A stretch of DNA of 64,000 nucleotides from Candidatus Micrarchaeota archaeon. GTDB taxonomy: Archaea > Micrarchaeota > Micrarchaeia > Micrarchaeales > CABMGC01. The position numbers and the translations under genes are program-made. The stretch covers positions 178,165 to 242,164 of the forward strand of contig JAWDMB010000002.1 of the NCBI GenBank assembly GCA_046536795.1, given 5' to 3'. Shown here piece after piece: positions 54,803 through 64,000 of this stretch. Within the stretch, counting starts at the first letter, position 1. Each line of letters begins with the position of its first letter. The notes beneath the pieces are model-generated. The model made no database searches. It was not told the DNA's origin and saw only the letters and a program-made list of their open reading frames with translations.

Positions 54803-55591
54803 ATGGTTAAGGTTTCGAATTCTAAGAAAAATGATAAGAGTAAAAAGAGTAAAAACGCAAAAGAGAAAAGCGTTGCTAAGAAGAGAGATGCAAAGGCTTC
54901 AAAGAATAGAAGAGGAAGCGTTATAGAGAAGATAAAAAAAGCTAAGATAAAGGAGAGTGTAATGTTTGATCTGCCACACTACCCACAGACAGAAGAATTT
55001 ACAAGCTCAGCAGCAAGTGCAATGATGGTGCTTAAGTATATAAACCCTGATTTTAAGCTAAGAAGAGAACACGAATATGATATATGGCAAGAAGCAGTTA
55101 ATGGAAGCGTATGGCATGGCTCAAGATACGGCCTTGCTTATGCACTTGCTAAGCGTGGCGCAAAAGTTGGCATTATAAGCAACATGAGAGATGAGGGCTA
55201 TGAGAGAAAGCTTGCTGTAGATGAGAATATTAATCTTGATACACTTGCTGCATCATTCAACGAGATAAGGGAAAAGGCAAGAAGCATGAATATAGATGAA
55301 GAGTTTGCGCCTGTCAGTCTGAATATGATAAAGAAAGCACTCTCTGCAAAGCATATACCTATTGTACTTATAGATGGAAAGATAATTAATCCGTATCTTG
55401 AATCCTCACCACATTGGGTTGTTGTTAAGGGTTATGATAAAGACGGATTTTATATAAATGATCCTTATTCTGACAGCACAATAACAATAGATCCAGAAGT
55501 TTTCAAACAAGCAATAGGCTACGATAACAATCATACAATGATAGTTGTTGATACCAAAAACTTTGATAAATCAAAATTAGGAAAAGAATAA
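54803..55591 (+). CDS. Lys-rich N-terminus plus C39-like (papain-fold) peptidase domain, Cys position occupied by Ser
   Basis: QTEEFTSSAASAMMVLKY ... HWVVVKGYD ... NDP follows the Peptidase_C39_2 pattern (Q..C..H..D), with Ser residues where the Cys is expected. The call is weak. Confidence 0.5.
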   Translation: MVKVSNSKKNDKSKKSKNAKEKSVAKKRDAKASKNRRGSVIEKIKKAKIKESVMFDLPHYPQTEEFTSSAASAMMVLKYINPDFKLRREHEYDIWQEAVNGSVWHGSRYGLAYALAKRGAKVGIISNMRDEGYERKLAVDENINLDTLAASFNEIREKARSMNIDEEFAPVSLNMIKKALSAKHIPIVLIDGKIINPYLESSPHWVVVKGYDKDGFYINDPYSDSTITIDPEVFKQAIGYDNNHTMIVVDTKNFDKSKLGKE

Positions 55592-55661
55592 TCTAAAAAG
55601 GGAAAGAAAGGAAAGAGGCTAGAGTTATAGTTAGTGCCTAGATATATAAAGGCGTGCACTC

Positions 55662-56078
55662 TTAGAGTTTTAGTGCTTTTGGCTTAAGCATTCCTCTTAC
55701 TAATGTTCTTATTAGTTTATTTTCTGTCTCATCAGTTCTAGTAATATATTCGCTCTTTATCTTCTCTCTTGTATTAGAAGTCATGTCTTCATAGCAGTTT
55801 GTGCAAATATATCTTCTTGGTACTATGCCATGCATTACATATATGTCTTCTTCTTGCACACTCTGCGGAGGCACTATTTTTAGCTCACCAGGTCTGAATC
55901 TTCTTCCACAGACCATGCATGTGTTTTCTGCTATATACGCTAGGTCTTTTTCTTCTGCACTTTTTGTGTCGTATATTTTGTCATCTGCAACGCATCTTTT
56001 ACTAGCGATCGCCTCTGCGATCTTACCACTACACCCACTTTTATCGACTCCCCCAACTTCTCTTTCCATCTTCCCCAC
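55662..56078 (-). CDS. hypothetical zinc-ribbon protein
   Basis: 138 aa with CMVCG ... CTNC. Confidence 0.4.
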   Translation of the reverse strand: MGKMEREVGGVDKSGCSGKIAEAIASKRCVADDKIYDTKSAEEKDLAYIAENTCMVCGRRFRPGELKIVPPQSVQEEDIYVMHGIVPRRYICTNCYEDMTSNTREKIKSEYITRTDETENKLIRTLVRGMLKPKALKL

Positions 56079-56146
56079 CCGAGCTTTTTAGCTCTGATTT
56101 AATTTATACTAAACTCATATATATTAATTTCGGTTTCAATAATATT

Positions 56147-57007
56147 GTGAATATGCTCTCTGTTGTATCAATAGGTGGAAACGCCCTCGACGAAGAGATG
56201 AAGAATGTTAAAAGTACTCTTCCTGCTATTAAGATGCTGCATGAGCACGGAAACGTTGTTATAACACATGGAAATGGACCACAGGTTGGAGAGCTAGCAG
56301 AGGTAGAACATCTCTCACTCTCTCTTCTTACCGCGCAAACAGAGGCTGAGATAGGCTATGCAATAAAGAAGGAGCTTAAAAATTCTCTTGGGCTTGAATC
56401 AAATGTATTTCTTACAGATATATTGGTAAGTAAAAAGGATAATGCTTTTAACAATCCAACAAAGCCCATTGGTAGATATTATAACGAAAAGGAGATAGAA
56501 GCCCTTCTGAAGAAGGGGCTCAGATTTAAGCGGTTTGAGAAAGGCTTTAGAAGAGTTGTGCCAAGCCCAAAGCCAATTAAGATACTCAACTTAGATACAT
56601 TGAAATTGCTTGCAGGTAGAGGCATTGTTATCGCAGGCGGTGGGGGTGGCATACCTTTTGCAAAAATAAACAAAAAACTTGAATTTGTAGAAGCCGTTAT
56701 AGATAAAGATTATACAACCGCACTCATCGCCAAGGAACTTGGGGCAAGAAAGATGTTTATACTTACAAATGTTGATGGTGCATATCTTAACTATGAAAAA
56801 GAGGACGAGGAGCTTATACAGAAAGCAAGCGTAGAGGAGATGGAGCAATACTTAAAGAAAGGCTATTTCGGCGAAGGGAGCATGAAGCCGAAGGTAGAAG
56901 CTTGCATAAATTTTGTAAAGGAAAGTGGTGGTATAGCCGCTATAGGCAATATAAACAAGGCATTAGATGTAGTAAAGCTCAAAAACTGCACTGTAATAAC
57001 TAAGTAG
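56147..57007 (+). CDS. arcC: carbamate kinase
   Basis: VSIGGNAL, ITHGNGPQVG, GGGGGIP and the amino-acid-kinase fold C-terminus. Confidence 0.85.
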   Translation: MNMLSVVSIGGNALDEEMKNVKSTLPAIKMLHEHGNVVITHGNGPQVGELAEVEHLSLSLLTAQTEAEIGYAIKKELKNSLGLESNVFLTDILVSKKDNAFNNPTKPIGRYYNEKEIEALLKKGLRFKRFEKGFRRVVPSPKPIKILNLDTLKLLAGRGIVIAGGGGGIPFAKINKKLEFVEAVIDKDYTTALIAKELGARKMFILTNVDGAYLNYEKEDEELIQKASVEEMEQYLKKGYFGEGSMKPKVEACINFVKESGGIAAIGNINKALDVVKLKNCTVITK

Positions 57008-58073
57008 ATACTTGCCTTATTGCATTTATAACATCGCTTATCTTAAAATTACCCTTTAAACTGTTTCTATCAGTATGGCTCTTACCCACTCTAAAACCAT
57101 TCTCCTTAAGCTCATTCGCCACATTATCCCTGCTCACGGAGCCTATGTGAAGATATTTGGTGAGCTTTGGTATTGAAAAGAAGAATATATCATCAGGCTC
57201 TTCATATATGCTTCTCAACAAGCTTAGAGCCTCTTTGCTATACTCACTGCTAAATGCACTTATCACTTTTTCTACAATTGCATTATCCTTAAGTTTACCT
57301 AGCCACATAGGCCCATAAACCTGCATTTCGTTACCGCAATAATCACACTTCCTGCTAAATTCGTGCATGTCAAATTGCTTAAAGTTCCTGCAGTTGCTGC
57401 AGTGCAACACATAGCCACATTTCTTTACAGAATCTATTGCTTCATTCGCGCCCCTCTTAAGCCTAACAAATACGCGCATGTAATGCATATTCGCTATAGA
57501 TAGCTCGGGTTCTATTCCAAAGTTGAATTGCGCTGCTGTTCTGGCGATAAAGTATAGCAGAATGCGAAGCCCAGACTCATGACAGAGCTCATTGTGCATC
57601 GGTATGGAGAAATATTCTTTTACACAAGCATTAGCATGTGCACCACAAAGAACAGCGGTATCGGTGCCTGTAACCATAAGCCTTGTTCCATCTTTTGAAA
57701 CCTTGAGCAGGTCATATATATAAGGTGCGGAAGAGCCGAATGGGTCAAGATCTATAAAGTCAAAAGCGCCATTATAGCTACTTGCAAATTCCTGTATGCT
57801 TTTGTTAAATGCTAATGCATCGATCTTGTTTAGATTTATATTATATACAGTGTTTTCATACGCCCTTTTGTTTATTTCGAGGAAGGTTGGTGATGCGCTT
57901 GCCTCAAGCGCATATCTAATACCTCTTATTCCTGTAGCACTTGTTGCATCTAACACGCTAGCATTCTTTGAAAGTGCATTAACATAAGAAACAGAGATAT
58001 CTCTAAGCCCGACCATCTTCGGATTGAAGAATACCCCATCAAATACTTCTATCTCTGCCTTACCCTCTTTCAT
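57000..58073 (-). CDS. trm1: tRNA (guanine(26)-N2)-dimethyltransferase Trm1
   Basis: FFNPKM, DATSATGIRGIRY, IDLDPFGSSAPY and a C-terminal Cys cluster CSNC..CDYCG. Confidence 0.85.
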   Translation of the reverse strand: MKEGKAEIEVFDGVFFNPKMVGLRDISVSYVNALSKNASVLDATSATGIRGIRYALEASASPTFLEINKRAYENTVYNINLNKIDALAFNKSIQEFASSYNGAFDFIDLDPFGSSAPYIYDLLKVSKDGTRLMVTGTDTAVLCGAHANACVKEYFSIPMHNELCHESGLRILLYFIARTAAQFNFGIEPELSIANMHYMRVFVRLKRGANEAIDSVKKCGYVLHCSNCRNFKQFDMHEFSRKCDYCGNEMQVYGPMWLGKLKDNAIVEKVISAFSSEYSKEALSLLRSIYEEPDDIFFFSIPKLTKYLHIGSVSRDNVANELKENGFRVGKSHTDRNSLKGNFKISDVINAIRQVST

Positions 58074-58077
58074 CTAC

Positions 58078-58323
58078 TTACCCGATGTGGAGAATTTTCA
58101 ATAAAGCATCTAGCAAGCCGTGTGCATATGATATACTTGCAAAAGCAGTATAGTAATCTTTCTTTTCAAGCCAGCTCTTTGAATCGCTAGCATACATTTT
58201 AGCTAGCTCAAATACATTGATTAAATCCGCTTCTGATATATTATTTATTCTGCTTTTATCAAATTTCTTAACCGAATCGTTAAACTTTTCTATGTCAAGC
58301 TTTATTCTTTCTTCTATCTCCAT
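58078..58323 (-). CDS. small helical protein, DUF357-like
   Basis: Start is at the internal ATG (MEIEERIK..). DYYTAFASISYAHGLLDALL resembles the DUF357 C-terminus. Confidence 0.4.
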   Translation of the reverse strand: MEIEERIKLDIEKFNDSVKKFDKSRINNISEADLINVFELAKMYASDSKSWLEKKDYYTAFASISYAHGLLDALLKILHIG

Positions 58324-58376
58324 AAAAACACCAGCTATATTTATCTTTGCTTCAAAAATATCAAAATATAGATAGT

Positions 58377-58925
58377 ATGAAAAAGATAAATAAGATTCTT
58401 GTAATACTTGGCACACCTGGCGTTGGCAAAACAACATTTGCAAAAAAGCTTAGCAAAAAGACCGGAGCAAGGCTTATAGAGGCAAATAAGGTAATCAAAG
58501 AGCATAAGCTTTACTCTGGCTTTGACAAGTTTGGTACAAAGATAGTAAAGATGAAAGAACTTGAGAGAATGCTAAACAAACTAGCAAAAGATGGCAATGT
58601 AATAATAGAGGGCCACATACTTGCTGATATAAAAATTAAAGGAGCAATAGCTATAGTATTGAGAGAGCACCTTCAAAAAATATACAAAAGACTTAGGGCA
58701 AGGGGCTACCCAGATGAAAAGATACTTGAAAATATTGAGAGTGAGGCCTTGGATTATTCTGGCATAAATGCCGAAAAAAATTATAGAGAAGTTTATGAGT
58801 TCTTTTCAAGTGATAAAAAGCTCATGGAGAAGGTTATTGATATATTGAATGGCAAAAAAGTAAAGAAAGAGAATATAGAATTGCTTGAGGAGCTAATACC
58901 ATTCATAACGAAATCTTCTCAATAA
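58377..58925 (+). CDS. adenylate kinase-like NTPase (AK6/Fap7 type)
   Basis: P-loop ILGTPGVGKTTFAKKL. Size and layout resemble archaeal Fap7-like kinases. Confidence 0.65.
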   Translation: MKKINKILVILGTPGVGKTTFAKKLSKKTGARLIEANKVIKEHKLYSGFDKFGTKIVKMKELERMLNKLAKDGNVIIEGHILADIKIKGAIAIVLREHLQKIYKRLRARGYPDEKILENIESEALDYSGINAEKNYREVYEFFSSDKKLMEKVIDILNGKKVKKENIELLEELIPFITKSSQ

Positions 58926-60276
58926 GAGCGAGATATGCACTTTCAGCAAAGCGCTTTGGTATTCTATTTAGCACCTTTGCACTCTTCATTTTTATATCTG
59001 CACTCCCGTTTAGCTCTTTCTTCTTCAAAAGCTTTTTTATTAATTCTTCAAGCTTTTCTCTCTTCTCTAACGCAAAAAGTTGGGTATTGTTCACTATTAT
59101 TCCAAAAGCATTCTTATGCGCTTCGACAAAACTGTTTGAGTATTCGCCGAGAAATACATCTGGCCCCTTAAAGAGCTTAGCCTTCGACAAGTCGTTTGGA
59201 AAGAAATATAACAAAAAGCCATTGCCCTTTTCAATCCATGAATTAAAGATGCATGCCTTAAATTCTTCCTTGGCGAGAAGATCGAGCAATATTCTGCCTG
59301 CCTTGTTAAGCTGCGGCCATATTATATCGTCGCTTTTGTCAGGAACTTTAAGGTAAATAAGCAGGGGCTTAAGCCCTGAATCATTTTCAAATTTCTTGAG
59401 CAACTTTGGGGCTTCTGTACTCGAAAAGCTTTTTCCATAGAAGAGCTTTAAGCTTGGCTTGCTTATAACCTGCCTAGACAAGAGAACAAACTTCGCCAAA
59501 GACTCTATTGATGTTCCCGCGGCAACATTTCTATTCTTATCAACAGGATCTATTACAACAAACTGCGAGTTAAACCTTTTTGCTATGCTTTCATCATTCA
59601 CAACTTTCTTTTCTGCAGGTATTATTACCAAAGGAAGCTTGAATTTTGAAGCATTTTCAAAAAGATCGATAAGCGAGCCAAAGGTATAAACAAGAAGTTC
59701 AGACAAATAGCCTGAAAAACCCTTCACCTTAACTTCTGCACCATATATATGGTGCATCTTCAAGAAGAATTTTAATATCCTTATCTGGTCTCTCTGCTCA
59801 TCTGTAAGATGCGCATTAAGGAACTCTGTGTGCAAAGGGCTTCTGTCAACAGTTGTGCCGAGCTCTTCTGCGCTTGTTATCTTGTAAGCTGGAACAAGAT
59901 CAACATCTATGCCCATATCATTTAGGTGAAGCCTTGTATAAGGGTGCTCAGCATACTTTACTTCATAGCTCTCGTTCTTATCCTTTTTTACAATCCTCTT
60001 TGCATAATCAAGTCCCAGCCTTTCTAGTTCTTGCTCGCTGTATTTTTTATCAAATAGCATGAATATGTCGATATCAGCATCGCCCGCCAGGTTTGTACTC
60101 CTTGCGATAGAGCCAACAATTCTTAGCTCTACATCGTGTGGTACAATAGACTTAAGCCTCTCTATTATCTCATTAGCATGTGCTATTATGCTCTTTACCT
60201 CAAGCTCATCAGGCTTAACCTCCTTAAGTATGTGTTCGAAAATCTTCTCAAGCTTCTTCCTTTTCTCTTGCTCCAT
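58903..60276 (-). CDS. cca: CCA-adding enzyme (class I tRNA nucleotidyltransferase)
   Basis: GSIARSTNLAGDADIDIFMLF catalytic motif and archaeal class I length. Confidence 0.85.
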   Translation of the reverse strand: MEQEKRKKLEKIFEHILKEVKPDELEVKSIIAHANEIIERLKSIVPHDVELRIVGSIARSTNLAGDADIDIFMLFDKKYSEQELERLGLDYAKRIVKKDKNESYEVKYAEHPYTRLHLNDMGIDVDLVPAYKITSAEELGTTVDRSPLHTEFLNAHLTDEQRDQIRILKFFLKMHHIYGAEVKVKGFSGYLSELLVYTFGSLIDLFENASKFKLPLVIIPAEKKVVNDESIAKRFNSQFVVIDPVDKNRNVAAGTSIESLAKFVLLSRQVISKPSLKLFYGKSFSSTEAPKLLKKFENDSGLKPLLIYLKVPDKSDDIIWPQLNKAGRILLDLLAKEEFKACIFNSWIEKGNGFLLYFFPNDLSKAKLFKGPDVFLGEYSNSFVEAHKNAFGIIVNNTQLFALEKREKLEELIKKLLKKKELNGSADIKMKSAKVLNRIPKRFAESAYLALIEKISL

Positions 60277-60329
60277 GTAAGCACTAATAGCTTATAAAAT
60301 TATAAAGCTTAAAAATGAATAGCATATTC

Positions 60330-60401
60330 GGGCTCGTGGCTCAGTAGCAGAGCGCCCGCTTCGCAAGCGGGAGGTCGCGGGTGCGATTCCCGCCGAGTCC
60401 A
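60330..60401 (+). tRNA. tRNA-Ala(CGC)
   Basis: G3:U70 identity pair, anticodon arm CCCGC-TTCGCAA-GCGGG, T arm GCGGG-TGCGATT-CCCGC (G at position 55), and D-loop AGTAGCA without the GG pair. Confidence 0.9.
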
Positions 60402-60476
60402 CAAATATTAATCCTTTTGCACGGATTTTTCAAATAAATTTTTATAACTTTGTTATAAAGTTATAAATGTGATATC

Positions 60477-61100
60477 ATGGAAAAGGGCTACGAATTAAAG
60501 AAATATGAGTTGCCTAGTTTGCCATATAATTTGGATGCACTTGAGCCATATATAAGCAAAGATATTATGGATGTGCACTATAACGGCCACCACAAAGCAT
60601 ATGTGAATGGGGCAAATGCGACTATAGATAAGATAAATCAGATCATAAAAGGGGATGTTAAAGGCTATGACCTTGCGGGCGTGGTAAGAAATTTAGTCTT
60701 CAACGTAAACGGGCACAAGTTGCACAGCCTATTCTGGAAAGCGATGGCGCCCAATGGCAAAGGAGGTGGCAAGCCGGGTGGAGTGTTAGAAGATCTAATA
60801 AACAAGCAGTATGGAAGCTTTGAGGTATTTAAGCAGTTATTTACAGATTCAATGAAATCACTTACTGGCACAGGCTGGACTGTTCTCCTTTTTGACAAAG
60901 AGACAAACAGGCTTGAGATCTCCACCATAGAGAATCATTTTATAAACCACATCGCTGAACTACCCATTGTGCAGATCGTAGACGAATTTGAGCATGCATA
61001 TTATCTGCAATACAAGAACAACAGAAATGCATACATAGATGCATGGTGGAACGTTGCTAATTGGGAATTCGCTAATGAAGTGCTAGAGAAGTATCTCTGA
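60477..61100 (+). CDS. sod: Fe/Mn superoxide dismutase
   Basis: [10 protein letters not shown], and the metal ligands in [12 protein letters not shown] (usually D-x-W-E-H-A-Y-Y). Confidence 0.9.
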   Translation: MEKGYELKKYELPSLPYNLDALEPYISKDIMDVHYNGHHKAYVNGANATIDKINQIIKGDVKGYDLAGVVRNLVFNVNGHKLHSLFWKAMAPNGKGGGKPGGVLEDLINKQYGSFEVFKQLFTDSMKSLTGTGWTVLLFDKETNRLEISTIENHFINHIAELPIVQIVDEFEHAYYLQYKNNRNAYIDAWWNVANWEFANEVLEKYL

Positions 61101-61165
61101 TTTTAATTCTTTTTTTCTTTTTCCATTTTGCTCTGTTTTAAATATCTTATATTGCATATTAATTA

Positions 61166-62212
61166 TTGATGGAAAAAGAGGGTTTACTTTATACTACTCT
61201 TCCAAATGGAAGAGCTGTATGCAATCTCTGTGCAAGGAGGTGCAACATTCCTGAAGGGGGCATAGGCTTTTGCGGGGTAAGAAAGAACATTGGAGGAAAG
61301 GTATACTCAACTATTTATGGCAAGATTGCAGCACTTAATATAGATCCGATAGAGAAAAAGCCCCTCTTTCACTTTAAGCCGGGAGCTAGCATGCTAAGTA
61401 TAGGCACAGTGGGCTGCAATTTCAACTGCCTTTATTGCCAAAATTGGGACTTGAGCCATACACGTGAACATTTTGGCGAAGAGATAATGCCTGATAAGCT
61501 TGTAGAGCTGGGCTTAAAATATGGAGTTGATGGTGTAACATATACTTACAACGAGCCAACAATATTTATGGAATATGCGATCGATGTCGCAAAAGAAGCA
61601 AGAAAGCACAAGCTCTTAAATACGTTTGTCACAAATGGCTATATGACCCCGGAGGCTGCTGAGCTTGCATCAAATTATATAGATGCGATGACTGTTGATT
61701 TCAAAGGCAATGCAAATACAGAATTTGCAAGAAAATATATTACTATATTTTCGGATGATCCGATTTTTGAAACGCTCAAGATATTAAAAGAAAAGAAAGT
61801 ATTCATAGAGATAACAGATCTTGTTGTTCCAAAGGTTGGAGACTCGCTAGATGATGCAAAAAAACTTATTGAATGGATAAGAGACAATTTAGGTGATGAA
61901 ACACCCATACATTTCCTTAGATTTCATCCAGATTATAAAATGATGAATTTTCCGGAAACGCCTGTTGAAACGCTTGAAAGGCATTATAAGCTTGCAAAAG
62001 AGCTTGGCATGAAATATGTTTATTTAGGCAATGTGCCAGGACATAAATATGAGAATACATACTGTCCAAAGTGTGGCACGCTGTTGATAAAGAGATTTAT
62101 TTTTGATATACTTGAATATAATATTACAGATGACCTTAGATGCCCAAAATGTGGAACTAAGATAAATATAGCTATTAAGCCAGATGTAACTAACAAACAT
62201 TATATTAGGTGA
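61166..62212 (+). CDS. AmmeMemoRadiSam-system radical SAM enzyme
   Basis: CNFNCLYCQNWD (CxxxCxxC) and a C-terminal CPKCG..CPKCG ribbon. It is adjacent to the AMMECR1 gene. Confidence 0.8.
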   Translation: MMEKEGLLYTTLPNGRAVCNLCARRCNIPEGGIGFCGVRKNIGGKVYSTIYGKIAALNIDPIEKKPLFHFKPGASMLSIGTVGCNFNCLYCQNWDLSHTREHFGEEIMPDKLVELGLKYGVDGVTYTYNEPTIFMEYAIDVAKEARKHKLLNTFVTNGYMTPEAAELASNYIDAMTVDFKGNANTEFARKYITIFSDDPIFETLKILKEKKVFIEITDLVVPKVGDSLDDAKKLIEWIRDNLGDETPIHFLRFHPDYKMMNFPETPVETLERHYKLAKELGMKYVYLGNVPGHKYENTYCPKCGTLLIKRFIFDILEYNITDDLRCPKCGTKINIAIKPDVTNKHYIR

Positions 62213-62216
62213 GAAT

Positions 62217-62831
62217 TTGAAAACTTATACGTTAAAAGAAGGGGAGAAGCTTGTAAAGGCTGCGAGAAATACTATAGAGCTTTATATAAGATCGCCAAGG
62301 TTTGAAAAAAGCATGATAGAAAAGACTATTTCAGAATTCAACGAAAAGGTAGGCGTCTTTGTAACAATAGATCATTATCCAACAATGTCTTTGCGGGGCT
62401 GTATAGGTTATCCAAGAGCAATTGGGCCATTAAAGAAGCTACTTATAGATGCGGCTATAGCCGCGGCAACAGAAGACCCAAGATTTATGCCACTTAGTAT
62501 AGGAGAGCTCAATGAGGTTATAATAGAGGTAAGTATACTTAGTGAGCCGCAACAGATAAAAGGGACCCCTGAAGAAATTAAGAAGGAAATAAAGATAGGG
62601 AGGGATGGGCTTATAATAGAATATGGTTATTACAGTGGGCTTCTTCTTCCAATAGTTGCGGTAGAGGAGAAATGGAATGTTGAGGAATTTCTTGAAAATG
62701 TGTGCATTAAGGCGGGGCTTCACCCAGATATGTGGAAAAGAAGCGATATAACCCTTTATAAATTCCAAACACAGGTATTTAGAGAGGAGGAACCAAACGG
62801 AAGGGTTGTCGAGATAAAAATGGAGAGATAA
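62217..62831 (+). CDS. AMMECR1 domain protein
   Basis: GVFVTI.. LRGCIGY .. DPRF are the characteristic AMMECR1 motifs. Confidence 0.8.
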   Translation: MKTYTLKEGEKLVKAARNTIELYIRSPRFEKSMIEKTISEFNEKVGVFVTIDHYPTMSLRGCIGYPRAIGPLKKLLIDAAIAAATEDPRFMPLSIGELNEVIIEVSILSEPQQIKGTPEEIKKEIKIGRDGLIIEYGYYSGLLLPIVAVEEKWNVEEFLENVCIKAGLHPDMWKRSDITLYKFQTQVFREEEPNGRVVEIKMER

Positions 62832-62832
62832 G

Positions 62833-63900
62833 ATGAGGATTATCCTCCTCGTGGATATGGACTATTTCTTTGCCGCTTGCGAAGAGGTTAGAAACCCAAG
62901 CCTAAAAGATAAGCCTGTAGTTGTCGGGGCAGACCCAAAGAATGGTTACGGCAGGGGCGTTGTAAGCACATGCAACTATATAGCGAGGAGTTATGGCATA
63001 AGGAGTGGCATGCCCATATCTATTGCTTATAAGCTAAAGAGCGATGCGGTCTTTTTGCGCGTGGATGAGCCTTATTATGAAAGTGTATCAGCAAAGATAA
63101 TGGCATTGCTCAGGAGTTTTGCAGATAAATTCGAGCAGGTGAGCATCGATGAAGCTTTTCTCGATATATCGAATAGGATAAAGAGCTATGAAGAAGCTTA
63201 TGAATATGCTAAAAAGATAAAAGATTCTATTTATGCAAACTTTAGCTTACCATGCTCGATAGGCATAGGTCCAAACAAGCTCATAGCTAAGATGGCTTGT
63301 GAAGCTGCAAAGCCCAATGGAATAAAAATTGTACGCGAAGAAGAAGCAAAAGAGTTTCTTGAACCTTTGCAATTGGAAAAGCTTTATGGCGTGGGCAAGA
63401 AAAGTGCTGAAAGGCTCAAGCAGCTTGGCTTCAAAACGATTGGTGATATTGCAAAGGCAAACAAGCAACTTCTCATAAATGAGTTTGGCTCGGTTGGCTT
63501 AGAGATTTATGAGCATGCAAATGGGATCGATAACGAAGAGGTTTTTGAAGCTACAGAGATTAAATCAATAGGAAGGGAGCACACTTTTGAACATGATACA
63601 GATGAGGGCGAAAGAATAAAAAATGAGATACTAAACTTAGCTGATGAGGTTGCAAGCGAGGTAAATAAGGCGGGCTTTTACTTTAAAACCGTTACATTGA
63701 AGATAAGGTACGAGGGCTTTGATGAACATCTGCATACAGATAGCTTAGGCTATTATACGCAAGATGTAGACAAACTTAAAAAAGTAGCAATAATGCTTTT
63801 CGAGCGAAACAGCACTGGTGAGAAGGTAAGAAAGATAGGCTTAAGGGTCTCAAATCTGATAAAAGGAAAAGGGCAAAAGAAGATAAATGAATATTTCTAG
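62833..63900 (+). CDS. dinB: Y-family DNA polymerase IV (Dpo4/Dbh/DinB)
   Basis: ILLVDMDYFFAACEE, SIDEAFLD and the little-finger C-terminus. Confidence 0.9.
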   Translation: MRIILLVDMDYFFAACEEVRNPSLKDKPVVVGADPKNGYGRGVVSTCNYIARSYGIRSGMPISIAYKLKSDAVFLRVDEPYYESVSAKIMALLRSFADKFEQVSIDEAFLDISNRIKSYEEAYEYAKKIKDSIYANFSLPCSIGIGPNKLIAKMACEAAKPNGIKIVREEEAKEFLEPLQLEKLYGVGKKSAERLKQLGFKTIGDIAKANKQLLINEFGSVGLEIYEHANGIDNEEVFEATEIKSIGREHTFEHDTDEGERIKNEILNLADEVASEVNKAGFYFKTVTLKIRYEGFDEHLHTDSLGYYTQDVDKLKKVAIMLFERNSTGEKVRKIGLRVSNLIKGKGQKKINEYF

Positions 63901-64000
63901 CTTTTTGAAGCTTCATATTTTATCTTATTAAGGTATTCCCTTACCCTTAATGCGGCCATAACGCCTGTGCCCGCTGCTGTTATCGCCTGCTGATAGAAAG
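63897..64000 (-). CDS. trxB: thioredoxin reductase, C-terminal fragment (gene continues beyond the window)
   Basis: The minus-strand frame reads FYQQAITAAGTGVMAALRVREYLNKIKYEASKS*, the conserved TrxB C-terminal helix region. Its stop overlaps the dinB stop in CTAG. Confidence 0.6.
   Translation of the reverse strand, partial: FYQQAITAAGTGVMAALRVREYLNKIKYEASKS

Noticed and set aside
1-64000. A search by eye for CRISPR arrays, rRNA genes, reverse transcriptase/DGR template-variable repeat pairs, inteins and prophage-like blocks.
   Set aside because: I found no regularly spaced direct repeats, no rRNA-like conserved stretches, no RT (YxDD) ORF and no Hint/LAGLIDADG insertions in the large enzymes. 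By-eye scanning of 64 kb cannot exclude short or degenerate instances.

Overview
Visibly AT-rich, very gene-dense archaeal chromosome segment. Evidence for an archaeal origin: archaeal or eukaryote-type ribosomal proteins eS8 and eS26, fibrillarin, RtcB, a class I CCA-adding enzyme, Trm1, intron-containing tRNAs without encoded CCA, DUF361-type class III (type IV pilin) signal peptides, and GGTGA-type Shine-Dalgarno sequences. The small, compact gene set and amino-acid-catabolic content (GDH, P5C dehydrogenase, OTC, carbamate kinase) suggest a small-genome archaeon such as a DPANN or Micrarchaeota-like lineage, but that is inference only. I call about 75 protein genes and 5 tRNAs (Thr, Val, His, Leu, Ala). 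I found no rRNA and no CRISPR array. Most of the window is housekeeping: ScpAB, FtsZ, Rad50, PolX, Dpo4/DinB, Lhr plus a metallophosphoesterase, RNase HI, SOD, and tRNA maturation enzymes. The less ordinary parts are as follows. (1) A 5.8-kb type IV pilus-like operon (28966-34722) has a FlaI/PilB-type ATPase, a platform protein apparently split into two genes, and 6-7 pilin-like genes, including a 421-aa Cys-rich, sequon-rich candidate tip adhesin. Two unlinked major-pilin paralogs share a near-identical roughly 100-nt core. (2) A tnpB-only IS200/IS605-type element has a TnpB with Gln at the expected RuvC-II Glu position. A second, orphan copy of its left-end hairpin lies 40 kb away and carries a compensatory stem substitution. 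(3) The tRNAs are unusual: a 13-nt insertion in the T-loop of tRNA-Leu, a 12-nt anticodon-loop intron in tRNA-Thr, and non-U at position 55 in three of five tRNAs. (4) A small protein translationally coupled to rps8e ends in a ribosomal-stalk-like GFGSIFG tail. (5) An HTH ORF has no canonical start codon and is in frame with, and one TAG away from, the upstream gene. (6) A two-component pair has a response regulator carrying a degenerate GGDEF-like domain. All functional calls rest on motif recognition by eye; no database search was possible.
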